In this document: positions 42,873 to 54,367 of the stretch, piece after piece | Numbering within the stretch: the stretch's first letter is position 1 | Layout: every line of letters begins with the position of its first letter | Assembly (NCBI GenBank): GCA_037447605.1 | Contig: CM074807.1 | Coordinates: 1,550,001 to 1,614,000, forward strand | Length of the DNA stretch: 64,000 bases | Reading direction: 5' to 3' | Origin: Zygnema circumcarinatum SAG 698-1b | Lineage: Eukaryota > Plantae > Zygnematophyceae | Notes under the pieces: model-generated | The model's database searches: none | Told to the model about the DNA's origin: nothing | What the model saw: the letters and a program-made list of their open reading frames with translations, nothing else | Translations under genes and position numbers: made by a program

Positions 42873-43516
42873 CATTGGCTCCTGCAGGGGTGCTTTTTTA
42901 AGGGGATTGGGAACACGGCGGGGGCTTGAGCATAAATCAGGTCAGATTTTGAACAACTCCGCCATCTGACCGGGGACATTCTGTAACGATGGGACCATGG
43001 GCGCTCTCCAACTACACCGGCTAAAATTGGCCGAACCCTAAATTTGAAGGATCCGACATGTAAATCTCAGAATTCTCTTTGACGTGGCGAGTAGTTTAGG
43101 AGTTTTAGCAAATCTTTTAATTACCGTTAAAACCCTAAAAGTTGCCGTGAGAGAGGGTCTCCTTTCAGGAGTTAGTAGCAGCCAAACTCTGCAGGTATAT
43201 GAGAGTAGCCATAGGGGAACTCTGCTAGACCTCGCGGCGGGCACATAGTGAGAGGGTAGGAGGTGCAACTTTTCATTCCAGCATCTTGTTTGATATTGAT
43301 TTTATGACCATTCTTTTGGTTGAAAAAGAGAACGCGTACGAAGAGGCATTATTGTCAATTGTTTCACTGTTGTAGCTTGTTTTTGAGTAATTCAACGGGT
43401 TTGAGGCCAACTCAGTCCAGTCGCTTAAAGGGGCTCTGGATGCACTAATTTCAAATGGTCGCAGTTCGCTCTTGATAACGGAAAATGGTGAGGCTGTTTA
43501 CACCTAACCCTAAATA

Positions 43517-43752
43517 CAGGTCGGACCATTGGCCAAAAACCATTGTTTGCCAAAGAATGGTTAACCAACGGTTTCTATCCATTGCACAGGTCGGACCATT
43601 GGATCAACCATTGCAATGGCTATGAACCATGGGATGCGAGTCAGTCAACCATTGCCAATGGTTCTGAAACATTGGATCGCGAGCAAGCCAACCATTGCAA
43701 TGGTTGCAAACTATTGGATCGTCCAACCATTGCCATCCAATGGTCCGACTTG
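43517..43752. mobile_element. Foldback/MITE-like element with internal palindromes
   Basis: CAGGTCGGACCATTGG at 43517 and 43587; inverted copy ATCCAATGGTCCGACTTG at 43735-43752 (17/18 to the 43587 end); internal CCATTGCAATGG palindromes. Confidence 0.6.
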
Positions 43753-43950
43753 AGAAAAGTTGGCAATGGTTGGTTAGGCCCAAAGGTTGGCTGGTTGACC
43801 CTGCGTCTACGACACGGATCAACACTTCGATTTTGGCGAATTGCATGTGCTGACGTCATTCTATGCCACGGAGATGTCACCCCATGGTCAGTGAGTGCGG
43901 CCAACGGTTGGGCGAGTGCCAACTCTTGTCACAACTTCTGCGGACCGTGA

Positions 43951-45260
43951 GACCGAGTCGTATTTCGTAAATATTTAAAAATATGGACCAAGGATGAGGA
44001 AGTGCAGGCCTTTGAAAACTGCATTAAGTCGCTATATAGAGAGTTCCAGACAGCAAGGGGTGGTGACACGTTTGATTGCTCTCTCAAGTTGTTTCCCAGC
44101 CTCGAATCTCTAATCGTATTGACATGTGGAACTAAAGAACTGGTCGTCCGGAACATGCTCTAGAAAGAGCTTGACGTGTGTGGACGAATAGATAATTTAG
44201 GAATTGATTGTCCACAGTTGAAGTTTGCTCAATTTGTTTGGGATATAAGGTTGTTGATTTTTTCAGGCCAAGCCACTATTCTTGAGTTTCTTGGGAAGAG
44301 CGAGGACTGTTTGACAGAGGTCAACCTCAGTATTCAGTGCGATGGGAGGGAAGGGACGGATGATGTTTGCGAAAAGCGTGCGCCTTCGTTTCCGCAACTG
44401 CGAAGTTTACGATTCGGAATGTGAGGAGGGCAAGCGATTTACTGATATCGCTTTCATTGTTGTTGAATTTATACCCGAAACTTCAACTTATCCACTTCAA
44501 ATTACACAAGGAAGAATTGAGATATGAGGATGATGCTTTCATGACGACGATTGAAGGATTGGAAAAAAATGCGAAGAATATGCTGCAGGTTAGAGCAACG
44601 TCATTGAGCATTGATTGGCTAGGAGACTTAGTTTTAATAAGCACTCGTCACCTTTTCGAGGGAGGCCAGAGAGAGAGAGAGAGAGAGAGAGGTGGGAAGG
44701 GGCGGAGAGGAGAAGTTAGAGATACGAGAGAGTGAGAGAGGTTTCGAGGCTTTGTAGTTGCATTACTCGAGAAGAGGACTTGAAGGAGCCGACTACTTGG
44801 TCATTTCTGCCATACCTTTTGAATGCAAGTGTGTGCTCGTTTTCGCATAATGCAATAGGGGGGGGGTCAGACTTCACACAATATCGGTGAATGCTGTCAG
44901 TAGAGGATGGAGGGATGCCTGCCCCTGCATGCTGCCGGGCCTTGCGGAGGCATTTTGCCCTTTTTTGCTTTCAGCCCTTCTGGATTCTGTTGGCCAGCAA
45001 GATTTCTGCCTCCTTTGTTGGCATATTACAACTGTTTCTTTGGATATGGCGATCTGCGATGTTTCTCAGGAGACTTTTGGTTTATCTCTTTCAAGTCTCT
45101 TTACCCCACATTTTTTCTGGCTTGACGATACGATACCTCCTACTGAATCTGCCTATCTGTGCGTTTCACGCAAGCTAGAGTTTGGGTCTTTCAACGGGTT
45201 CCGGCCGACTCAGTCCAATCGCTTTTAAGAGGCTCTGGATGGACTAGTATCAAGTTTTTT
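43951..45260 (+). pseudogene. Degenerate F-box/LRR-like gene fragments, probably two tandem copies
   Basis: LRR-like FPSLESL, CPQLK, FPQLRSL, YPKLQLI with in-frame TAG at 44161 and a frame change; F-box-like AVSRGWRDA at about 44893; a roughly 63-bp segment repeated at 43391 and 45190. Confidence 0.45.
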
Positions 45261-45485
45261 TTTCCAAAGCTTCATCGAAAGACAGCGAAGAATGAGACCT
45301 ATCCGGAGGCCGGAGGTTTCTACAAGCGAGGGCCTCAGCACGCTGGAATGAAAGTAATGTACCTCGACTTCTCAATTGTGTGTCAGTCAATGCCTAAAAT
45401 TAAGAGCCTGACCAATACAAGCGCAGATGCCCGAATTACCTAGCGTGCAAAAATGGTGAAAGCACTCGGACGAAGTAATGTCTGG

Positions 45486-47434
45486 CTAACATCGAGGGGC
45501 GTTCACACCCGTCTTCAACAGAACGTCCATTCTTGAACCCGGCTGGTACTCCTCTGGCTCCGTCCCGGGCCAGAACACCCGCGCACTTCGTTTGCCATGC
45601 AATCGAATGAATGTGTTGGATGCATCCACTTCCAGAAGGGTACCCTCCCGCAGCCCCACCACTGGCAGGGCGCCTGCCTCCTCATCCGTGTACTGTCTAA
45701 TGCGCTGCTCCCGGTTCTCCTCCATACTCACAGTGAGTCCCAAATCGTGCATTTTGGCTTTTGGTTCAGGATCCTGCGAGTCCCCTCAATAACATATGTT
45801 AGCTTCAACAAGGTTGAGAACCAGCCCATTAAAACATGGTCTACATATTCACATAATGGCAGGAAGCTCAATCCGGTTGGTGAACAAACAAGTGATCCTT
45901 GCTAGAAAGTGACATTCTGAACTAAATGACGGCGGATGAATCCATATGGTTCAGCTGTGTTCCATCACTCACCTGATAATGCGGGCTGATGTTGAAGGGT
46001 AACAGTCCGAGGCCCTTGAAGGAAGGGACTTCACAAATAGGCATGCAAATAGAGGCGTGAATGGTGGCACCCGCACATGTTGAGCCACAGCTGGAACTCA
46101 GAAAGAGCAGTTCTCCATTGAGGACCCGTTGACGGATGAGATCAATAAGGCCGGGAACTGAGTGCATCGTTCGCAGCAGGCGGAATGTGTTGCCTCCTCC
46201 AATAAACAGCGCCTGAGCGCCCTTCACAGCTTCCACCTGTGACATCCCGCAGACGTGCGCCAACGGTTTAGTCCCGAGTACAACCACCATTCATTGTCTC
46301 GCAGCTGACCCGCACGACGTGCTGTATTTATTCACCTCCTGTGTTTAACAAAGACCAGGATGACGAAAAAAGCAAAAAAATGTAGAAAGACAAATGGATA
46401 TCATGTTTGTATATTTCTTGCTTTCGCATGAAGTTTACAAAATTACGTTATGGCGCGGGAGGATGATGAAATGCACAATAGGGCAAGTTCCTCAATCAGT
46501 GGTGAGCTCAAGGAAAGGATCTGGTGGACTTCTGGACGCTGGCGATTTTCAAAGAATGAAAAAACGTCCAAATGTTGCGGAAAACGCCTGACGCGTGACT
46601 TATATGAAGACTCGTTTGCAGAAGATCATTCAAATGCATAATACATTATATTTGCGGCAAGCGGAGAGAGTTTTTCTTAATGTTTTTCCAGTTCTTGAGA
46701 GGCAACTGAAGTGGATGCCCGGGAAGGCAGCTGAGAGGAGGCAACTGCAGGACATACCGGATCAGACGAATGGTGGATGGACGTGCAGTCAAATCCTAAC
46801 TCCGCCAGTCGCGCCTTTGGCCGTCCTGTATGGTCTACCGGCTGACCGTTCTCATCATATTGAATCCTGCCCTCATTTCCAAAGTACTTATCGTAATCTG
46901 CGAGTGCCCACGGCACGAACAAGACACTTTTCACTTGCCCGTCGGCTAGAAAGCGCTGAATGATCTCGCCGCAATGACCGAAATAGGTGCCTCCAAAAAG
47001 AGTCGAGTTTGCTATTATCAGCGCCTTAGCACTGCTGGCTGGGGGCTCCGCGGATGCGGCGGAAATGGCATGGGACCGCCAAGCCTGCAGGAGACGCCCT
47101 GCAGAGCCTGTGAGCTTCCTGCAGCGTCATCTTTTCTTCAAAACTCCTTTCAAACTTGAGGCCAGCTCCCTGCCTACAGCTTTCCCTCGGACGCATTTGC
47201 CGATTCAAGGCCACACTCCGCAGCTGCTCTTCACCCCTATACAAAAATCCTCTCTTCGTCCAAACCTGACCTAACTCCCTCTCTCCCCAAGCCGAGCCCT
47301 TCCACCTGCCCGCGGCACTCCGCCATAGCTGCAGAGCAGAGCAAAGGCCTGCTAGGATTAAGGTTTCTGAAAAAGCGCGCCTGCAGGCCGGCAGAAGCCA
47401 CTCCGGACACTTGACGCAGCAGGGCGCGCGCCAT
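45486..47434 (-). CDS. pepE: Peptidase E-like enzyme (family S51) with predicted mitochondrial presequence, 4 exons
   Basis: ALIIANSTLFGGTY, VLFVPWALADYD, FIGGGNTFRLL, SSSCG (nucleophile Ser), FNISPHY (His), REQRI, VGLREG (Glu). Exon 1 47434-47306 splices phase 0 to 47084. Confidence 0.85.
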
Positions 47435-47983
47435 GGCGTCTCCTTCCCCTTCCCCTCCCTCCCCGCTCCCCTTCCCCCCTGCCTCCCTCCCTTCGCGGCC
47501 TCCCTCCCTCCCTCCCTCCCTCCCTCCCTCCCGCCGCAGCCCCTGAGAGGCTCCGCGCGCTGCGCTTGCAAGCCCGGAACGCGCACCGACACAGTGCCCC
47601 CCTCGAACGTGCGATCGACGGACGTAAGCGAGATAGGGATGAATGTGAACCGTCCGATGCTCACCACTAGCTCCGTGCTCCGTCGTTCCGTCGCAGAGGA
47701 CGGCACGGGGAGGGCGTTCCCGTGCGGGGCGCGGCGGACTCCACCGCGGTCTGCTGGCCGTGAGGCGACGCTCGCATTATTGGAGGGAGGGAGGGGGCGC
47801 GGGAGAGGGAGCGGGAGAGGGAGAGGGCGGGAGATATCATGGCGGGAGAAGAGAGCGGGAGAGCAGCAGCAGCATCAGCAGCAGCAGAAGCAGAAGTAGA
47901 AGCAGAAGCAGGAGCAGGAGCAGTTCTCCCACTTGCAAGAGGAGCTGTCTCTCACGCTAGGAAGGGCAGTTGCAGTTTTTGCA

Positions 47984-48223
47984 ATGGCTGCGGAATGTTC
48001 TACCCGACCAGTGGCAGAGCCCTCCATTGGGAGCTGGACGACCGGGATGTGTGGATGCTTGTACGACGCTGAGACTTGTGAGTTCAGGAGAACGACTTTT
48101 CTGAACGTGTCGTAACGGTTGTTTTTCTTTGTTTTGGTCAAGGGAGCTGGAGATGTCATTGTGTAAATGTCTTGACCGTTATATTTAAAAATATGTGGAA
48201 TAATGTGTGCGCAGAGGTTACAA

Positions 48224-48317
<94 letters not shown>

Positions 48318-49670
48318 CCCCCCCCCCCTCCCGCCAGTGCACAATTTGTTGGTTCAAACACATCTAAGCGGAAAATTTACAGTAATGCTCCTCTTCGTCT
48401 TGAATTAAATCAAGAGGTGTCGGAAGGCATTCGGTTGTTTAGTTGGCCGCTCAATTGCTGTAAACACGATTGTAATGGCCTGAGCCTTCGATCTTGAAGC
48501 TTGAGTCCGCTAATTTTGCGGTTTGCTTGTATTGTGTAGGCTTCTGCACACTGTGCTGCCCTTGCGTGCAGGTTGGTCGCAACGTGGAGATCATCACCGA
48601 TGGAATGACAGGTCTGTCCACAGTCAAGAAAACGTTTTTGCCTTTTTCTCGCTTGTCGATTTTCCTTCATGATTCTGTCAACACTTTCCTCACAGCCTCC
48701 CTTTCCCACATCTCATTTATCCATCCTCCCCAGGCTATTCCACCAATTGTCCCCCCTCGTATTTTCTCTACACTTCGTTTCCTCTCGCACAGGATCTGTC
48801 CCGCCCTCTCTCCTCTCATTTTCCGAGCCACCTCCTCCACTATATTCAAACCGTGTCAAAATTGTCTGTAACCTGTCCGCCTCACGAACTCCCTTCTCCA
48901 TTTTCTTTCTCCCTCACCTCCCGCTTCAGAAACTCTGATTCATACTTCGCCTCACTTGCAGACTGTGTCACTGCCGGTGCCATCTGGTACTTAATTAGTC
49001 TAAGCACCGGAGGCCTCTGCGGGTTCGCCTACCTCTGCGGTAACCGCACTCGTCTGCGCCGAAAGTATGCCCTTCCGGAGCAGCCCTGCGGAGACTGCCT
49101 GACAACCTTCTGTTGTGGGCCCTGCGCCCTCTGCCAGGAGGCTCGGGAGCTTAAGAACCGTGGCTGGACGCTTGCAAAAGGTAACCGACTATCTTTTTCG
49201 ATCAAAGTGGTTCTTACGGTGTCTTGTTGTCGTGAGGAAAGCTTGATATGCGAGTTTGTATACGAATGTGGCAGTAGATGGAAGGCAGAGACGAGAAAGT
49301 GGCTGGAAGGGACACAGGGTGGTGCAGAGTGAAAAGAGAGTCGTAAGCTAGATTATGGCTTGGCTGACTCGGAATCAGTATGAAGACGCCAAAAGGCCCG
49401 TCGCATCTCAGAGATTGGGGTTTTGATCTGGTTGATAAGGATAGACGTGCCAGCAAAAACGTAAATAAGTGATCATAAGGCACGGCCGGTGTCCTGAAAC
49501 ATGCGAAAGGCCTTTCGACGGTAGCTTCTCTGTCACTTGTGCTTTTCCATCCTTTCCCTCATCCTTTCTCCTTCCCTGGCCTGCGTGTGTCATCTGCAGG
49601 TTATGCAGGAAACATGGAAACGTTTCATGCGAGAGGTCATGCGCCCCCTGCTCAAGCCATGTATAAGTAA
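47984..49670 (+). CDS. PLAC8-domain protein #2, 4 exons
   Basis: WTTGMCGCLYD, CFCTLCCPCVQVGRNVEII, RTRLRRKYALPEQPCGDCLTTFCCGPCALCQEARELKNRGW, APPAQAMYK*. Confidence 0.9.
48224..48312. repeat. (CT)n microsatellite in PLAC8 #2 intron 1
   Basis: Near-perfect CT run of about 90 bp; shorter CT runs near 38126-38172 and 51439-51470. Confidence 0.9.
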
Positions 49671-50605
49671 ATTTCCGGCTTAAAGATGGATCAAGTACTC
49701 AAGCGCACATTTCTCATGTACCAACTATCATCTTGGTTGCTTGTACTTTGACCATTCGAAGGAAGAGCGGCTATATTTTTTGGCAGTCACCAGCTTTCGA
49801 TGACTACTCCAGAAGCCTCAATACCTACTTTTCCATCACCCGAATGAAATTGAATGAATTGTTTGTGGAATCTGTAGAGAACGGACTGAGGGTCCTAGAT
49901 GTGATACATCCTTGGGTTTGTCGTCTTCTGTATTCAAAGTTATAGTGAAGCATTCAAAGGCTTTTAAGGCCTCTGAAGTAATGTACCTTGCTGTGAAACA
50001 TACAGCACGAAGGCCAGTAAAAGGAGAGAAAGCGGGAGAGGTTGCCTTTGTACAGTAAGCACTTCTGAAAGTGTGTAGCAGGAGAGCACTGGACGCTGGG
50101 CAGGCCTCATTGGGTGTAGATCTCTTGCGCAGATTGCCAGCGAGCTGGAAGTGTAGCAGGTGGTTTGCCTGTAGCCACACTTCAAATTGGAAGTTCATCT
50201 CGATCTTAGACAGCCTCTGTCACACTGTGCTCGTGTTCATGATACGTTCTCCAAAGTAAATTTCAGGCGTTATTCCCTTTCGTTTGAGCAATCGAATGGC
50301 AGAATTTTGGCAGTGTTCTATTTTCTTGTCCAAATGACATTTGAGACATTAAGAAGCAAGTCGCTTCGTCTTCGCTTTGCAAAGACGGCTTAACGATTAA
50401 CCCTTAGGGGAAGTGTTATGCAGCCGTTGTTGTGAAACATGCACTCAGTTGGCAGGCCAATGCTGGTACAATGTTGTGAGTGAGGTATGAGAAGCTTACA
50501 ACGGCACATGGCCAAGTCGAATTTGTTTAACAGTGCTCCAATATTTCCAAATCGACCACCGAAAGGAAAACCAGACAGGACAAACTAATCCTTTATTTGT
50601 TGCAA

Positions 50606-50808
50606 TAGGGCGAGTCAGACATTGACCATGGCCAAATCAATTTAGTAAGCCTGCCGGGCGAATTAAGCATTGGCTAGGTACGCATTTCGGTACGGCTCTG
50701 TTCGGCGGAGCCGCGGATCCCGACCTGGAATTCGTACAAGAAACTTTGACTTTTAGTATACTAAATTCTAGAATTTAGTACGCGATGGTCAATGTCTGAC
50801 TCAACCTA
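50606..50808. mobile_element. MITE, TA-flanked, related TIR (family B)
   Basis: TAGGGCGAGTCAGACATTGACCAT versus ATGGTCAATGTCTGACTCAACCTA (22/24 inverted); internal perfect palindrome TACTAAATTCTAGAATTTAGTA. Confidence 0.78.
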
Positions 50809-50810
50809 AT

Positions 50811-50953
50811 TAGGGTTTGTCAGACTTAGCAAAAAGTTACGAAAAACATTAGGAAAATGAAAGCTACGAAAGTACTCCGCTGCGGGCGGATCGCGATTTT
50901 ACCAGAGTACTCGTTTTGGTATAAAACCTACGAATGAAGTCTGACAATCCCTA
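50811..50953. mobile_element. MITE, family A copy 2
   Basis: TAGGGTTTGTCAGACTT versus AAGTCTGACAATCCCTA (16/17 inverted); shares TACGAAAGTACTCCGC..GGATCGCGATT..GAGTACTCGTT with 5784-5942. Confidence 0.8.
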
Positions 50954-51525
50954 ATGCCAACCTTTGGCAGGGCGCTCCGGGAGGGTTTCAACTTGAAACA
51001 CGTATCCGTCTACTACTCATATGCCACTACTATGGTACCGATTCATGTTTCCCATTTCATTCCTCGGGAGTCGGGACGCTACAGAGTTGCCACAGAGCGT
51101 GTCGGTCACCGACGCTCCAACGGATATCTTGCCTTTTTTCCTGTCACGTGGCATGCCGTCATTCGCCGTTGATGACATGGCAGTATCTGATTGGCTATCA
51201 GACCGCCTTTCTTTCCGCGACCGTTCCTATTACCGTACCCTCCAGCCCCTCCCCTCCCTCGACCATACGGATGTACGGTCGTTTGGACAATACAGTTCCT
51301 AAGGCCGGATGTTATGTCTTATGACGACCGTCACATTTTCATGAAGTCACTCGGTGGTGCCGGCAGCCATGCGCGCGCAAGCGGCGGCATGGCATGGCAT
51401 GGGCTCTGTACTCGGCCTCGCTGATTGATTGTGGAAGGTCTCTCTCTCTCTCTCTGTCTCTCTCACTCTCACTGTCTGCATTGCAAGTGCACACATTCGT
51501 TGAGGAAACAGTAGCAGTGGCGGCC

Positions 51526-54367
51526 ATGGCTACCGATCGCTGTTTGGAAGGGCTCTTAAGTGGACAAGCATTGATCCGACACCAGCTTGACTCCTTCGAC
51601 TTGTTAGTCGATGAGATCGAGAAGTTGACACGCCTCTTTCTGGCCATATCCATGGAAGACGACCGCGGGGGGACAGTCGAGGCCTCCATGCTCACCCTCA
51701 AGCTTCAGAGGCGCCTGAAAGTCTACCGCCCATTGTGGCGCGGGAGACGAAGGGAACCTATGGAGAACTTCTGCAGTGTGAGATTTACATCAAGGTGGGA
51801 AGTTACAAGTTACAACTGTGCATTTATCTCTCTGTTTTATCATCTTCTTGGGCGGTGATTGCGGTTGTACTGGCATTGATAGGGCGATGTATGCTGTCGA
51901 TTTTCTATTTCCTTACTGGGATCAGTGTGTTGGTTCTGGCCTTCAGGGAACAGAAACGCTCGGGAAAGGGAGGAAGACAAAAGATCATAACAAGTGCATT
52001 TCGGTCAATCTGGGAACGATCCAAATCATGGTTGGCTCTAATTTGTGCAGCACAAAGGATCAGGAGAATCGCACCAGTTCCAAGTGTCCCTTTGATCTGG
52101 GATCATATTTCATCGTGGACGGCATTGAAAAGGTGAGACCTGATTCCGCTAGATTCGCATATTTGCAATTCAGACTCAAGTGATAGGAAAGTTGAAGGTA
52201 CGCTGATTCCATAACCTTTAACCATATATTTAATTTCTTAGTTATACAGCAACTTTTAGAATGCTGCCTCGTTCTTCTTTTTGTTTCAGGTGGTGGTTCC
52301 GCAGGAGACTGGGCGAGTGGTCAACAGCATTCATATTCAAAAAAGTCCCGACACCGTTGAAGCCTACATCGTTTCAAAACCAGTTCCAACAAATGACTCC
52401 ATTTTTCCCAGGTTTTCCATTCTAACGAAATCGCCTTATGTCCATAGCGCGGCGTGATGTATGGCAACTCCTGTCACTTCACATTCGTCCTATCCTTATA
52501 TTTGGCGTGCAGGAAATTCATTGTAAAGGCTCGCACAAACGGTTCCCCAAAATTAGGTATGTGGTTGGGAAGATTATGTGACGAGGAGGGGCCAATTGGC
52601 GTTCTTTTCTGCTCTCTTCGCTTCACCACTGCGAGAGAGATGACTGCCGGCTCTCAGCCTTCCAAAGCTGAACACATAATGCAGTTCATGTTTGAAGAAA
52701 GCGCGGCGCTACTGAAGAACCACACTTCAAGATCTGTAAATGGGTTAGGAATTTCCTTACAAAAGAAAGAAGAGAAATAATTAGCAGGTCAAGACCAGCC
52801 TGAATGAAATATTCAGTAAGTGTTGTCGTTGTGGCTGTCCAACAGGATAATGACAAGTGGCAGGCGGCATTAGGGTGGCTATTCACACGGCTGAAAAATG
52901 GAGGAGATGAAACCACAACTTTGCGAATGCTTGAGGAGGGGTTTCTCCCACACGCTGGGAGAGGCCTCCAGGCGCTGCAAAGCAAGGGCCTCCTTCTGGA
53001 CGCCATGGCCAAGCGTGTCTGCCTCTTCACTGCGCTGCAGGAGTCTTGGAGGGGGGTCAGCACTCAACAACCCAACATGGACATGAAAATGAAAATCCAG
53101 ACATGAACATGAAAGGAAGAAACCAAAAAAAAAGAATGAACTAAACGGCCATTCGCTTACTGATGGAATCGGAGGGAAGGGATTCAACGTCTTTCAGAGG
53201 TCTAAGGGATGCAAAGCGTTGGAGTGAGTGCAGACAGACAGGCACAGTCTTGCTTTCAAGAGTGTGCTGCTCGCGGGAGACCTCCTCCTTGAGAGCCTCT
53301 GATTATCATCAAAATTCATTTCCTTTAATTTTCTCTCGCGTGTGGCGGAACGCGGAGGGGAGAGTGCAGAGAGGGCGAGACTCTGGCAGCTGCAGAGGGT
53401 TCGGCTCGAGCCTCAAATGCGCAGTAGAGCTCGGCCTCAGGGCCGGCATGCACCCACCACACAACTTCCTTGTGAGTTTTTGCAAAGTGTTTCGGAAAAA
53501 GTTGTGCTGATGCGCTACATATGCGTTGTGTCTGCACCCCACCACAAGGGTGCCCCAAACGCAATGAATGAATTTGCAGAGGCTGGTCAAGACGGGGCGG
53601 GTCCGGCACGGGCCTTGGAGCTGTTTGGGAGTGTTGACCCCTCGCAAGGCGCTCAACTATGTGGCAGCTTCGTCGCAATTGCGACGAATCAGAGGCGTGG
53701 GAAGTGTACTCACAAAGGCCTCCACACGCCGCGGAATGTGAGACACATATCTCTGTTCTTTCTATGTAAACTAAAAGGAAAGAAATTGAAACTGGTAACG
53801 TTCACCACTTTATCCAAGACTGCCTTAAACGCAGCAGTTATGTTATTGATGGATATTAATATGTGCAAATATTAGCGTGCTATCCATGGCATGTGCATGC
53901 CGTACATTCATTCAAGTAAGGCCCTTACATGCATCCCCATGCTTCGCCCCCTCCCTGCTGCAGCCATGACTCGCAGTGGGGCAGAATCTGCATGGTGGCA
54001 ACACCCGACAGTGAGAGCCTTGGGCTCATAAAGCACATGGCGCTTGGCGCCTACGTGACCATTGGCACGACGGAGCCGACTTTTGTCCGCGAAAATGGTC
54101 GAAACGATGATGCCGATTTGGGTGATGAGCTGTTGGGGCTTGATCCACGAGGGCGTGAAGAGATTCTGAGCCGATTTGAGTGCCGTGATGTTGAATCATT
54201 CGTGCAACATGCGAGATAAAGGGCTTTGGATGGGATTCAGAAGTGGGCCAGAATCTTTGTGAATGGGCGATGTGTGGGCTGCAATAGAGAGGGGGAGCAG
54301 CTTGCCTTAGGATTGAGGCAAATTCGTCCAATCCACACAGAAAGTGTTTCCGATTTGGCTACGTGAG
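51526..54367 (+). pseudogene. Highly diverged, truncated RNA polymerase second-largest subunit (RPB2/NRPD2-like), N-terminal half only
   Basis: Collinear motifs IRHQLDSFD, LGTIQIMVGSNLC, CPFDLGSYFIVDGIEKVVV, FLPHAG, HDSQWGRIC..TPDSESLGLIKHMAL..VTIG, IFVNG; introns kept; frame breaks near 52780-52810 and in-frame TAA at 54217-54219; no C-terminal half seen. Confidence 0.8.

Noticed and set aside
43128-43140. TAAAACCCTAAAA as a telomerase RNA template
   Set aside because: Only 13 nt; no USE/TATA promoter or other telomerase RNA elements recognised; similar short motifs are scattered.
49733-50393. Possible PPR-like relic (ALLKVCSRRALDAGQ)
   Set aside because: Single weak motif with no 35-aa periodicity.
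53821-53830. TGCCTTAAAC matching the U12 snRNA 5' end
   Set aside because: No following GTAAGGA branch-pairing sequence or Sm site.
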